Source: a virus (taxonomy: Duplodnaviria; Caudoviricetes). From it: 26,760 nucleotides of DNA. The notes beneath the pieces were generated by a model that worked only from the letters and a program-made list of their open reading frames with translations, was not told the DNA's origin and made no database searches. The stretch spans positions 1-26,760 of IMG/VR virus record IMGVR_UViG_3300036833_000021. The stretch is one strand, 5' to 3'. Shown here piece by piece: positions 1 through 8,393 of the stretch; the first letter of the stretch is position 1; the number at the start of each line of letters is the position of its first letter. The position numbers and the translations under genes are program-made.

Positions 1-51
1 ATCTACAGCCTTGATCGATAAATGTTTTAACCCCCCTACCGGTGATGGCTG

Positions 52-528
52 ATGCCTGGACGTCGACCGAAGCCGACCGCACTGCATCGCCTACAGGGTA
101 CCTATCATACCGGCAAGCACGGCCGCGACCGTGCGCATGAGCCGATCGCGCAAGGCGAGTTGCATGATCCGCCGACTGATCTGACGCCGACGCAAGAAGC
201 AGCGTGGCGTTATGCAATTGCGCACGCGCCGCGAGGTGTGTTGAAGTTCATTGATCGCGAGGTATTGCGTTCATGGGTCGAGACACTTGATCGCAAGAAC
301 GAAGCAATGCAATTGCTTGAAGCAGAAGAAAACGCTGTTCTGTGGCTGACTTCACCAGCACATCGCATTGTTGATCGTACTACTGTGATCTTGGTGCGCT
401 TAGCAGGTGAGCTTGGTTTTTCACCGGCTGCACGACCACGATTGCATGCTGAACCAGCGCCGATCACAGAGAATGACGACGCGAACCCGTGGGCGCGGCT
501 GCGATTGCTGCCCGGTGGCAAGGACTGA
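52..528 (+). CDS. terS: Terminase small subunit, P27 family
   Basis: N-terminal GRRPKPTALHRLQG and C-terminal ELGFSPAARPRL...NPW match the P27-family TerS pattern; lies upstream of TerL. Confidence 0.92.
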   Translation: MPGRRPKPTALHRLQGTYHTGKHGRDRAHEPIAQGELHDPPTDLTPTQEAAWRYAIAHAPRGVLKFIDREVLRSWVETLDRKNEAMQLLEAEENAVLWLTSPAHRIVDRTTVILVRLAGELGFSPAARPRLHAEPAPITENDDANPWARLRLLPGGKD

Positions 529-531
529 CTA

Positions 532-816
532 ATGGCTCAGATCAGCGGCTTGACGATCGGCGCGACCAATGTTGTCGCCAGCGTCGCACGGCCACGACGT
601 TTTCTCGGCATCTTCAATCAATCGACCACTGCCACCGTGTACATTGCGTTTGATAAACCTGCGGTTGCCGCTGCAACGGCTGGACAATTGACATTGGAGC
701 CGATCAGCGCGACCGGCTCCGGGGCTACCGGGTTTCAATGGATCGACTTTGTTCCGGATAATCAAATCAACCTGATCGCTTCGGCCGTTGCCACACCAGT
801 CACTCTGATCGAATGA
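532..816 (+). CDS. Hypothetical 94-aa beta-rich protein, possible head decoration/accessory protein
   Basis: Fills the terS-terL gap and has an ATGA overlap with terL; R-x2-L-x-I-x-N-x-S...VYIAF beta-strand pattern. Confidence 0.7.
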   Translation: MAQISGLTIGATNVVASVARPRRFLGIFNQSTTATVYIAFDKPAVAAATAGQLTLEPISATGSGATGFQWIDFVPDNQINLIASAVATPVTLIE

Positions 817-2480
817 CGAGCTTTGTCGGCGATGCCATCGCTTATGCGAAGGGCCTCGCCGCCGGTGATATTCCGAGCAGCTTTCACGCGCGCCTCGTGG
901 CCGAGCGGTTTCTAAATGACCGCGCGGCCGGCGAATGGGAATTCCGCGAAGAACTGGCAGACCGCGCGATGCTTTTCGCCAGCATGATGACCAACATCAA
1001 AGGTCCGGATGCCGGCCGCCCGATCGAGCTGATGCCATGGCAGAAATTGGTCTTCGCCAACGTTTTCGGCTTTGTCGAGCCGGGCACGACGACGCGCCGT
1101 TTCCGCCAGGCCGCGGTATTTGTGCCGAAGGGCAACGGCAAGACGACGATTAGCGCGCCGCTCGCCCTCTACATGACGTTTGGCGAGGATGAGGGCGGCG
1201 CCGAGGGCTACGCCGCGGCGGTGACGCGCGATCAGGCCCGCATCCTCTTCGACACCGCACAGCACATGGTGCGCCGCTCCCCGCAAATGCGCACTGAATG
1301 GGGTGTAGGCGTGCTGACGAATTCGATCTTTCAGCAGGAGACCGCCTCGAATTTCGTGCCGATCTCCAGCGACGCCAAGGCGCTCGATGGGCTCAACGTG
1401 CAATGCGCCGTGTGCGACGAGATCGGCTCGCACCGCACCAGCGAGGTCTACGATGCGCTTATCACGGCGATGGGGAAACGTCGGCAACCGTTTCTCCTCA
1501 GCATCTCGACCGCCACCGGCAACACCGCCGGCATCGGCAAGCAGCTATGGGACTACGGGCTGCGGGTTCTGCAAAAAAGTCAGAGCGATGATCGGTTTTT
1601 CGCCGCGATCTACTCCATCGACGACACCGACGACCCGTGGGCCGAAGAGACCTGGATAAAGGCTAATCCCGGCTGGGGCCAGTCGGTGCAACCCGACGCG
1701 ATCCGCGCGATCATGCGCCAGGCGCGCAACAACCCCGCTCAGGAAGCCGCGGCGCGCACGCGGCATCTCAACATGTGGATCGGCGCCGACGAGGCGCTGT
1801 TTTCGACGCGAGCGTGGTTGAGCTGCGCTCGTCCGGATCGGCGCTTGGATGATTTCACCGGCCGGCGCTGTCACGTAGCACTCGATCTGGCGAGCAAGAC
1901 CGATCTCGCAGCGCTGGCGATCGTGTTTCCGGAATACGGCGACGGCGCGCTACACTACACCGCGTTTGTCCGCTGCTACCTGAATGAGTCTGCCGTGCTT
2001 GAGGCGCGCAACGCGTCTTATCCCGGCTGGGCCGCGGATGGTGACCTGGTTGTCACGCACGGCGACGAAACCGACTATTCGACGATCGAGGCCGACATCC
2101 GCGACCTCTGCAAGCGCTTCCGGGTCGAGAGCCTGGCTTATGACCCGTGGGGCTCGACGCAGATGGCCCAGCGGCTCACCGAGGAGCGGGTGCCGTGCGT
2201 CGAATTCCGCGCGACGACCGCCAATTTCTCCGAGCCGACCAAAGAACTCGATGCCGCGATGCGCTCGGGCCGGATCGCCCATGACGGCAACGGCGTGCTC
2301 GCCTGGTGCATCGGCAATGTCGTCGGCCATTACGATGCGCGTTCGAACGTCTATCCGCGCAAGGCGCGGCCGGAGAACAAGATCGATGCCGCGACCGCGC
2401 TGATCATGGCGATTGCGCGCTGCATGACCGAGCCGGGGCCGTCGGTTTACGCCACCAGGGGTTTGATCACGCTCGGATGA
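813..2480 (+). CDS. terL: Terminase large subunit
   Basis: LMPWQ adenine-binding motif, Walker A VPKGNGKT, Walker B CAVCDE, coupling motif ISTA, WIKANP, RNase H-like LDLAS..D, YDPW and KIDAATA. Confidence 0.98.
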   Translation: MTSFVGDAIAYAKGLAAGDIPSSFHARLVAERFLNDRAAGEWEFREELADRAMLFASMMTNIKGPDAGRPIELMPWQKLVFANVFGFVEPGTTTRRFRQAAVFVPKGNGKTTISAPLALYMTFGEDEGGAEGYAAAVTRDQARILFDTAQHMVRRSPQMRTEWGVGVLTNSIFQQETASNFVPISSDAKALDGLNVQCAVCDEIGSHRTSEVYDALITAMGKRRQPFLLSISTATGNTAGIGKQLWDYGLRVLQKSQSDDRFFAAIYSIDDTDDPWAEETWIKANPGWGQSVQPDAIRAIMRQARNNPAQEAAARTRHLNMWIGADEALFSTRAWLSCARPDRRLDDFTGRRCHVALDLASKTDLAALAIVFPEYGDGALHYTAFVRCYLNESAVLEARNASYPGWAADGDLVVTHGDETDYSTIEADIRDLCKRFRVESLAYDPWGSTQMAQRLTEERVPCVEFRATTANFSEPTKELDAAMRSGRIAHDGNGVLAWCIGNVVGHYDARSNVYPRKARPENKIDAATALIMAIARCMTEPGPSVYATRGLITLG

Positions 2481-3829
2481 GCCTGTGGTCCTGGCTGACC
2501 TCTTCCGGACAGCCATCACCGCCGCCGCCGCGGGTCGAGCCGGCGCTCGTCGCCGCGATGGGCGCGCCCGAACAAAAGCAACCGGGCGACATCGTCGGCT
2601 CGCTCAATAGCCTGGCCTTCCCCCAACCGCTGCTCTACGCCGCGCTGGGGGGCTACGCCAGCAACACCGGCGTTCCCGTTACCCCGTTCACCGCGCTGCA
2701 GAGTGCTGCGGTCTACGGCTGCGTGAAGTGCCTCAGCGAGGACATCGCCGGTCTACCAGTGCAAGTGCGGCGCCGTACCGCCGATGGCGGTTGGGTGATC
2801 GACACGATGCACCCGCTCAACCGGCTCTTTCGCCGGCCGAACCGGTGGATGTCCGCGCACCAGTTCTGGTCCTACGCACTGACCGCGTTCGCGCTGCGCG
2901 GCAATTCCTACATCGTCATCAACCGCGATATGACCGGCGCGCCGATCGAGCTGATCCCGGTCACGCCCGACCGCGTCACCGTAAAGCTCAGCGCCGTCGA
3001 CGGCATCCCCTGGTATCTGGTCAACGCGCGCCAGATCGGCATCGGTGTGTGGGTCCCGCCCGAGGACATGATTCATATGCGGAACATGTCGGTCGACGGC
3101 TACCTGGGGCTGTCGCCGATCGCCTGTGCCCAGGACGTCATCGGTCTGGCGTTGGCCGCCCAGCAGCACGGCGCGGTGCTATTCCGCCAGGGCGGGCAAG
3201 TCGCCGGCGTGCTCAAACATCCAGGACGCCTGGGCACCGAGGCCGCGGGCAATCTCGCCGAGAGCTGGCGCGACACGCATGCCGGCGTTCAGAACGCGCA
3301 TAAGATCGCGATCCTCGAGGAAGGGATGACCTTCGACAAAATCGCGTTGACCAATGAAGACGCGCAATTCCTCCAGACTCGGCAATTCCAAGTTCTCGAC
3401 ATCTGCCGCATTTTCCGCGTCCCGCCGCATAAGCTGGCCGAGTACGGGCGCGCCACGTTCAATAACATCGAGCAGCAGCAGCAGGCCTATGTCGACGATG
3501 CGCTAGGCCCGTGCACCGATCAGCTCGAGGGGCTGATGAACGACCAGCTGCTGTTCGACGACGAGCGTGAGCTCTACGCGACGCACTTCGATTTTACTGG
3601 TCTGCTGCGCGGTGACACGATCCGGCGCTACCAGAGCTACGCAATCGGCCTCACCAACGGTTTTCTGAACGCCAATGAGGTGCGCGCCCTTGAGAACCTG
3701 AACCCAATCCCCAACGGCGACGAATACCGGGTGCAGCTCAACACCGGCAGCACTGCAGACACTGGTGCCAGCGTACCAAAGCCGCCGTCGATCAGCGAGG
3801 GCGAAGGCGAGAGCGAGGGCGGCGCATGA
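2477..3829 (+). CDS. Portal protein, HK97 family
   Basis: Start re-assigned to ATG 2477 (ATGA overlap with the terL stop). Motifs AVYGCV..LSEDIA.LP, HPL..L..RPN..M, GLSPI, ILEEGM, QFLQTR.FQV.DICRIFRVPPH, NEVRALENLNP. Confidence 0.97.
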   Translation: MSLWSWLTSSGQPSPPPPRVEPALVAAMGAPEQKQPGDIVGSLNSLAFPQPLLYAALGGYASNTGVPVTPFTALQSAAVYGCVKCLSEDIAGLPVQVRRRTADGGWVIDTMHPLNRLFRRPNRWMSAHQFWSYALTAFALRGNSYIVINRDMTGAPIELIPVTPDRVTVKLSAVDGIPWYLVNARQIGIGVWVPPEDMIHMRNMSVDGYLGLSPIACAQDVIGLALAAQQHGAVLFRQGGQVAGVLKHPGRLGTEAAGNLAESWRDTHAGVQNAHKIAILEEGMTFDKIALTNEDAQFLQTRQFQVLDICRIFRVPPHKLAEYGRATFNNIEQQQQAYVDDALGPCTDQLEGLMNDQLLFDDERELYATHFDFTGLLRGDTIRRYQSYAIGLTNGFLNANEVRALENLNPIPNGDEYRVQLNTGSTADTGASVPKPPSISEGEGESEGGA

Positions 3830-3996
3830 AACAACTTGCACACGTGAAACAATGTTCAAAGTGCCAAGCAAAACAACGCCGTCAGGGGCAACGATGGTGT
3901 GCCGAGTGCCACGCCGCTTATCAGCGGGAATGGCGAAAAACGCATCCTCACGCCTTCACTAAGAGCTGGCCCGAAATCGAGGAAGCGACGCGCTGA
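3826..3996 (+). CDS. 56-aa CxxC..CxxC zinc-finger protein, possible HNH endonuclease N-terminal remnant (below the ORF-track cutoff)
   Basis: Manual translation MKQLAHVKQCSKCQAKQRRQGQRWCAECHAAYQREWRKTHPHAFTKSWPEIEEATR*; ATGA overlap with portal and TGATG overlap with the protease. Confidence 0.7.
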   Translation: MKQLAHVKQCSKCQAKQRRQGQRWCAECHAAYQREWRKTHPHAFTKSWPEIEEATR

Positions 3997-4697
3997 TGGA
4001 CTTCGTGTTGTCGCACCGCTTCAAGGCGCTTCATGTCACGCGTGGGTCGAACGGGCTACCGGTCCGCGCCAAGGATGCGGGCATCATCGCCGGCGTCCGC
4101 AAGCTTGCAGCCGGCGCGCCGGTTCAGCAGCTCGACGACCGGACATTGCGATTCACGATCTCGACCGGTGCGGTCGACCGCGACCAGGATACGATCAGCG
4201 TCGGCGGATGGCAGCTCGACCACTTCATGCGCAACCCGGTCGTGCTGTGGTCGCACCGCGCCGACGAGCTGCCGATCGGCAAGGTCGTCGACATCGGTCG
4301 CGACGATAGCCGTCTTCATGCCGCGGTGCGGTTCCTGCCTGGCGGCTACGGTGCCGCCAGCGAGACCGCGGACATCGTCTATCGTCTCACGGCCGATGGC
4401 TATCTTGCGGCGACCTCGGTCGGGTTCCGCCCGGTCTCGTGGGACTTCACCGACGACGAGACGCGCGGCGGCAACGACTGGTTTCCCGGCATCGATTTTC
4501 ACGAACAGGAACTGGTCGAGCTGTCGCTCTGCACCGTGCCGAGCAACCCCGAGGCGCTGATCGACGGTGCCATCCCGATCCAACCCGGCGGCGGCAGCCA
4601 GGATGTCGCTCCGGTCATCTCGCCGGCCCCGGTGCAGCTGATCAATTACGACCGCTACCGGCGCCGTGTGCGCGCCGCACTCGTTGGGGTGTTCTAA
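3996..4697 (+). CDS. Prohead maturation protease, HK97 family
   Basis: DRDQD, NPVVLWSH (catalytic His), PIGKV, ATSVGF (catalytic Ser), ELSLCTVPSNPEA; lies between portal and capsid. Confidence 0.95.
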   Translation: MDFVLSHRFKALHVTRGSNGLPVRAKDAGIIAGVRKLAAGAPVQQLDDRTLRFTISTGAVDRDQDTISVGGWQLDHFMRNPVVLWSHRADELPIGKVVDIGRDDSRLHAAVRFLPGGYGAASETADIVYRLTADGYLAATSVGFRPVSWDFTDDETRGGNDWFPGIDFHEQELVELSLCTVPSNPEALIDGAIPIQPGGGSQDVAPVISPAPVQLINYDRYRRRVRAALVGVF

Positions 4698-4700
4698 ACT

Positions 4701-4706
4701 GGAGGG
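4701..4706 (+). promoter_or_regulatory. Shine-Dalgarno site of the major capsid gene
   Basis: GGAGGG 7 nt upstream of ATG 4714. Confidence 0.75.
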
Positions 4707-4713
4707 CAAACAC

Positions 4714-6501
4714 ATGGCCGCATACCGCGAAAAACTACACGAGCTCCAACACAAGCGCGCCGCTAAGCGCGCCGAGCTCCAGGAGCTCATGAAGCAGGAC
4801 GACGGCGACGACGGCATGGACGACGACGGCAAGAACAAGTTTGACCAGATCATGGCCGAATTGCAGGAGCTCGAGGACCGCATCGGCCGTTGCGAGCGGG
4901 CGATCGCGGCCTCGGCACCGGAGGACGACGAGGAGCGCGCCGAGGGCGGCGACAACGACGACGAGAACGATGAGGAGGACGACGACGACGACGACGACGA
5001 TGAGGAGGACAAACGGCTGCGGCGGCTTCGCGTCCGCGGCAAGGGTGTAGTCGCCGTGAGAGGGGGTATCGGCCGCGGCGGCATGCGCGTCCAGGCGCAA
5101 CCCAAGCGCCGGCCCGCCCCAGGCAAGGGCTTTCGCATCGCTCGCATCATGATCGGCCTGGTGCACCAGAAATGGTATGGCCACGACAAAGCGCTGGAAT
5201 TCATCGACAACCGCTTTCACGACGATATCGTGACCCGCGCGCTCAACTATTCGGTCGTGGCCGAGGGCGGCGCATTGATCCCGCAGGATTTTATGGCCGA
5301 GCTGATCGAGCTGTTGCGCGCCAATGTCGTGGTGCGCGGCGCCGGCCCGATGACCGTGCAAATGCCGATGGGCAATTTGACGATCCCGCGGCTCGCCGCC
5401 GGGTCGACCGCCATGTACCAGGGCGAGCTCGACGACATCAGCGTTACCGAGCAGCTGTTCGACGACCTCAACCTAATCGCCAAGAAACTGACTGCGATGG
5501 TGCCGGTCTCAAACGACCTGATCCGCCGCGCGCCGATCGGAGTCGAGGCGATCATCCGCGACGACCTGCTCCAAGGCATCGCGCGCAAGGAGGATATTCA
5601 ATTCATCCGCTCGGATGGCACGAACAAGGGACCAATCGGATGGCGGTCACTGGTGTTGGCGGCGAACCTGCTGGTCGTGCCGCCGCTCGGCGCCACACCG
5701 CCGGCCGGGGCCGATCTTAACGCGGTCGTCGCCGCGTTAGCCTCGATGAAGTTGCTCCTAGTCAACGGCATGTCGCGGATGATCCGCCCGACCTGGTTCA
5801 TGGCGCCGATCATCCTCGAATACATCCGTACCCGACGCGACTCTGTCGGTGGTTTCTACTACCGCGACGAAATCGCCGCCGGGACGCTTGACGGTTTCCC
5901 GTATTTCACCTCGCAACAGATCCCGACCAATCTGGGCACCGGCAACGGTTCCGAAATCTACCTAGTCGATATGGCCGACGTGGTGATCGGCGACACGCTA
6001 AACATCATGGTCGATGCAAGCGATGTTGCGGCCTACTACGGCACCGATGGCAAAGTCGTCTCTACCTTCCAGCGCGACCAGTCGCTGTTCCGGGTCATCA
6101 CCGAGCACGATTTCAACATGCGGCACCTGCAAAGCCTCGCAGTGGCAACGACGAGTGATTGGGCATTCGCCGGGTTACCCGGCGTGGCCGGCGCGCCGTA
6201 CTCGACGCAGCCGCTCAACCCACATTGGGCACAGGCGCCGGCGGCCTGGCCGTCCAGTACTACGCACGATGCCGCGCCGACGATCTACAGCCCGGCGACC
6301 GTGCTCACGAGCGCCTTCGCCGGTACACTGACGGCCAACCCTGGCGGCGGGCCTTATCCGCTTACACCCGCAGGCCCGATCCCGACCGCCGAGGGCAGCG
6401 ATCCGCCGCCGACGCCGCCGCCCCCGGCACAGGAGCCCCCGCCGCCCCCGCCGGCCAGCGGCGGATCATCCGGCGGCAGTGGTAGCCGGTCCGCTCGATG
6501 A
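4714..6501 (+). CDS. Major capsid protein, HK97 fold, with N-terminal delta/scaffold domain and Pro-rich C-terminal extension
   Basis: Start re-assigned to ATG 4714 (RBS). Coiled-coil N-terminus, then GGALIPQDF..ELIELLR, KKLTAMVPVSNDLIR, GTLDGFP, STFQRDQSLFRVITEHDFNMRH. Confidence 0.96.
   Translation: MAAYREKLHELQHKRAAKRAELQELMKQDDGDDGMDDDGKNKFDQIMAELQELEDRIGRCERAIAASAPEDDEERAEGGDNDDENDEEDDDDDDDDEEDKRLRRLRVRGKGVVAVRGGIGRGGMRVQAQPKRRPAPGKGFRIARIMIGLVHQKWYGHDKALEFIDNRFHDDIVTRALNYSVVAEGGALIPQDFMAELIELLRANVVVRGAGPMTVQMPMGNLTIPRLAAGSTAMYQGELDDISVTEQLFDDLNLIAKKLTAMVPVSNDLIRRAPIGVEAIIRDDLLQGIARKEDIQFIRSDGTNKGPIGWRSLVLAANLLVVPPLGATPPAGADLNAVVAALASMKLLLVNGMSRMIRPTWFMAPIILEYIRTRRDSVGGFYYRDEIAAGTLDGFPYFTSQQIPTNLGTGNGSEIYLVDMADVVIGDTLNIMVDASDVAAYYGTDGKVVSTFQRDQSLFRVITEHDFNMRHLQSLAVATTSDWAFAGLPGVAGAPYSTQPLNPHWAQAPAAWPSSTTHDAAPTIYSPATVLTSAFAGTLTANPGGGPYPLTPAGPIPTAEGSDPPPTPPPPAQEPPPPPPASGGSSGGSGSRSAR
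4978..5001 (+). repeat. (GAC)7GAT trinucleotide run encoding poly-Asp in the capsid N-terminal domain
   Basis: Read directly; associated with a direct repeat of ACGATGAGGAGGAC (4967-4980 and 4997-5010). Confidence 0.9.
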
Positions 6502-6770
6502 ACACCCGGCGGCAATCGTTCGCCACCAATGCTGGGCCGCGCCTGGCCGTCCGGTTCCTGACGCGCTGGAACGTCTATTTCCGCGGCGATGTCGCTACTT
6601 TTCCAAACCGCATGTCGATGCGGCTGGTCGAGCGCGGGATCGCCGAGGCGGTCAACATCGCGCCGCTCGGAGAAATGCCGCCGGAAGGAATCGAACCCCA
6701 ATGGGCCTTGCGCCCACCGGGCGAGGCGCCGTTGCGCCAGGGCGGTGACGAGGATCTCGACACGCTCTGA
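6498..6770 (+). CDS. Small head-associated hypothetical protein
   Basis: VRF....YFRGDVATF......LVERGIAE pattern resembles small genes that follow HK97-type capsid genes; coupled on both sides. Confidence 0.7.
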   Translation: MNTRRQSFATNAGPRLAVRFLTRWNVYFRGDVATFPNRMSMRLVERGIAEAVNIAPLGEMPPEGIEPQWALRPPGEAPLRQGGDEDLDTL

Positions 6771-7399
6771 TGTTCGCCTCGCTGCGCGTAAAGACACCGC
6801 CGACGGTCGAGCCAGTCGACATCCTCACGGTCCGCCGGCATTGCCGCGTCGATTCCGACTACGACGACGATCTGCTGATCCTTTACGCGACGACGGCACG
6901 CGCGCTCGTCGAGGCATGGCTCAACCGGGCCTGCATCACTCAAGAGCTGGTCTACACGATCACCAATTCACCGCCGCCGACCGCTTCGCCGCTGGTGCCG
7001 CAATCGCTGATCGTCTTCCCGCTCAACTGGCCGCCGGTCATCCGCAAACCGATCGCGATCCCGCGCGCGCCCTGCCAAGCAGTCAGTTCTGTCCTCTGGG
7101 GTCAGACCGGCGATCTGGTCGCCGCGGACCCAGAGGACTACGTGCTCAACCTCGAGGTCGAGCCGGGGCAGATCATGCTCAAGGCGCCGCTGGTGCCAAT
7201 GATCCCGGCCTATTCGATGCAGATGACCTACACAGCCGGCTACGGCGCTACGCCCGCGACCGTGCCGGGGCCGATCGTGCACGGCATTCTGATGGTCACG
7301 GCCGCCCTATACGAAGGCCGCGGCGACATCGACAGCGCCCTGCCGGCGACCGCGTGGTCGGTCATGACGCCTTATCGGCTGTGGCAGTTTGCCGGATAA
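6770..7399 (+). CDS. Head-tail connector/adaptor (HK97 gp6 / phiE125 gp8-like)
   Basis: EPV....VRRHCRVD..DDDLL...AR..VE..LNRACITQ and YTAGYG....VP.PI..GIL....LYEGR. Confidence 0.9.
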   Translation: MFASLRVKTPPTVEPVDILTVRRHCRVDSDYDDDLLILYATTARALVEAWLNRACITQELVYTITNSPPPTASPLVPQSLIVFPLNWPPVIRKPIAIPRAPCQAVSSVLWGQTGDLVAADPEDYVLNLEVEPGQIMLKAPLVPMIPAYSMQMTYTAGYGATPATVPGPIVHGILMVTAALYEGRGDIDSALPATAWSVMTPYRLWQFAG

Positions 7400-7850
7400 C
7401 CCGACCGGCCAGATCGGCACCTCGAACGGTATCGGCGCCTTGCGCTGGCGCGTCATGCTCTACCGTCGCGACCAAGCGCCCGGTCCGAATAGCGGCATCG
7501 TCGAAAACCTCGTGCCGATCGCCACGGTCCAGGCCGATGTCCAGCCGACCTATCCGAGCACCTTCTACAATTCCGCGGCGATCGACATCCCGATCTCGCA
7601 TCTCATCCGCACCCGCTGGCTCGACTATGTCGAGAATACCCACGTCATCATGCGGACCACGCTGAGGCCGACCGATGGCACCTACCGCACCGAAATCTTC
7701 CGCGTCCGACGCCTCAAAGAAGTCGGAGGCCGCAAACGCTTCGCCGAATTCGAAGTCGAGCTCGAGCGCAGCCACACCACCCAAGGCGACACCGACGCAG
7801 AGCGCGAGAGCCTTTTTGCTGAGAATGGCACCGCACCGCTGGTTCATTAA
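7389..7850 (+). CDS. Head closure / head-tail joining protein (SPP1 gp16 / HK97 gp7-like)
   Basis: IGALRWRV.L, IATVQADVQP, SHLIRTRW, FRVRR...GGRKRF; TTG start, exact start uncertain. Confidence 0.8.
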   Translation: MPDNPTGQIGTSNGIGALRWRVMLYRRDQAPGPNSGIVENLVPIATVQADVQPTYPSTFYNSAAIDIPISHLIRTRWLDYVENTHVIMRTTLRPTDGTYRTEIFRVRRLKEVGGRKRFAEFEVELERSHTTQGDTDAERESLFAENGTAPLVH

Positions 7851-8393
7851 ATGAGCCAGCTCAAGATGAGCATCACCTCCTGGGGTGAGGTGGCGCTCGA
7901 CAAGAAAGAGCTGCGCGCATTGATGCGCAGCGCCGGAAACGACGTTAAAAGTAAGACCCAGCGATTGATCAACCGCAGCACCGGCAGCGGCCGCACCTAT
8001 CGCGGCGGCGGCGGGTCGGCCTATCGCGGCAACTACCGGCCGGGCGCCTATCGCGCCTCGGCGGCGGGCGAGCCGCCGGTGCGGATCTCCGGCACGCTAC
8101 ATTCATCGCTGCGAACCTACGTCTATCCGGAGGGCACCGGTTTTGCCGTGCGCGAGCGCGCGTTTTACGCTCTGTTCCTGGAAGCCGGCGCGCGCGGCGG
8201 CGGGAACCCGGGGGGAGGTGCCCGCCAACGAGTGCTCGCGCGCCGGCACCGGGCGCGTAGCGTCTTCACCTCGCGGGTGCTGCTGCCGCGGCCACATCTC
8301 GACCGCGTTATGCAACAAGAAGCGCCTAATCTGCAACACCGGGTGCGCAAGGCGTTCGATGACGGTCTGACCTGGCGGCAAACCAAGACGTGA
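7851..8393 (+). CDS. Neck/tail completion protein (HK97 gp10-like)
   Basis: Basic Arg/Gly-rich protein with SAAGEPP...SGTL..S, FYALFLEAG and PRPHL; syntenic position. Confidence 0.8.
   Translation: MSQLKMSITSWGEVALDKKELRALMRSAGNDVKSKTQRLINRSTGSGRTYRGGGGSAYRGNYRPGAYRASAAGEPPVRISGTLHSSLRTYVYPEGTGFAVRERAFYALFLEAGARGGGNPGGGARQRVLARRHRARSVFTSRVLLPRPHLDRVMQQEAPNLQHRVRKAFDDGLTWRQTKT

Noticed and set aside
1-51. Possible cos site or late promoter upstream of terS (AT-richer, TTTTAACCCCCC)
   Set aside because: The position is plausible for P27/HK97-type phages, but only 51 nt are visible and no recognisable cos or promoter consensus can be supported.
1122-1435. TerL motif variants PKGNGKT and DEIGSH as signs of inactivation
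   Set aside because: The catalytic Lys-Thr and Asp-Glu and the nuclease aspartates are intact; this is within normal family variation.
2306-2476. Upstream extensions in the ORF track for portal, capsid, 9721, 10872, 21018, 23667 and 24257 ORFs
   Set aside because: They overlap well-supported upstream genes. Downstream ATGs with stop/start overlap, an RBS or a signal-peptide N-terminus are the better starts.
4056-5361. Long minus-strand ORFs (4056-5210, 4735-5361; also 22094-23464, 17232-18833, 25445-26539)
   Set aside because: Antisense shadows of GC-rich, codon-biased + strand genes; the poly-Ser and poly-Val runs simply mirror the GAC repeat.
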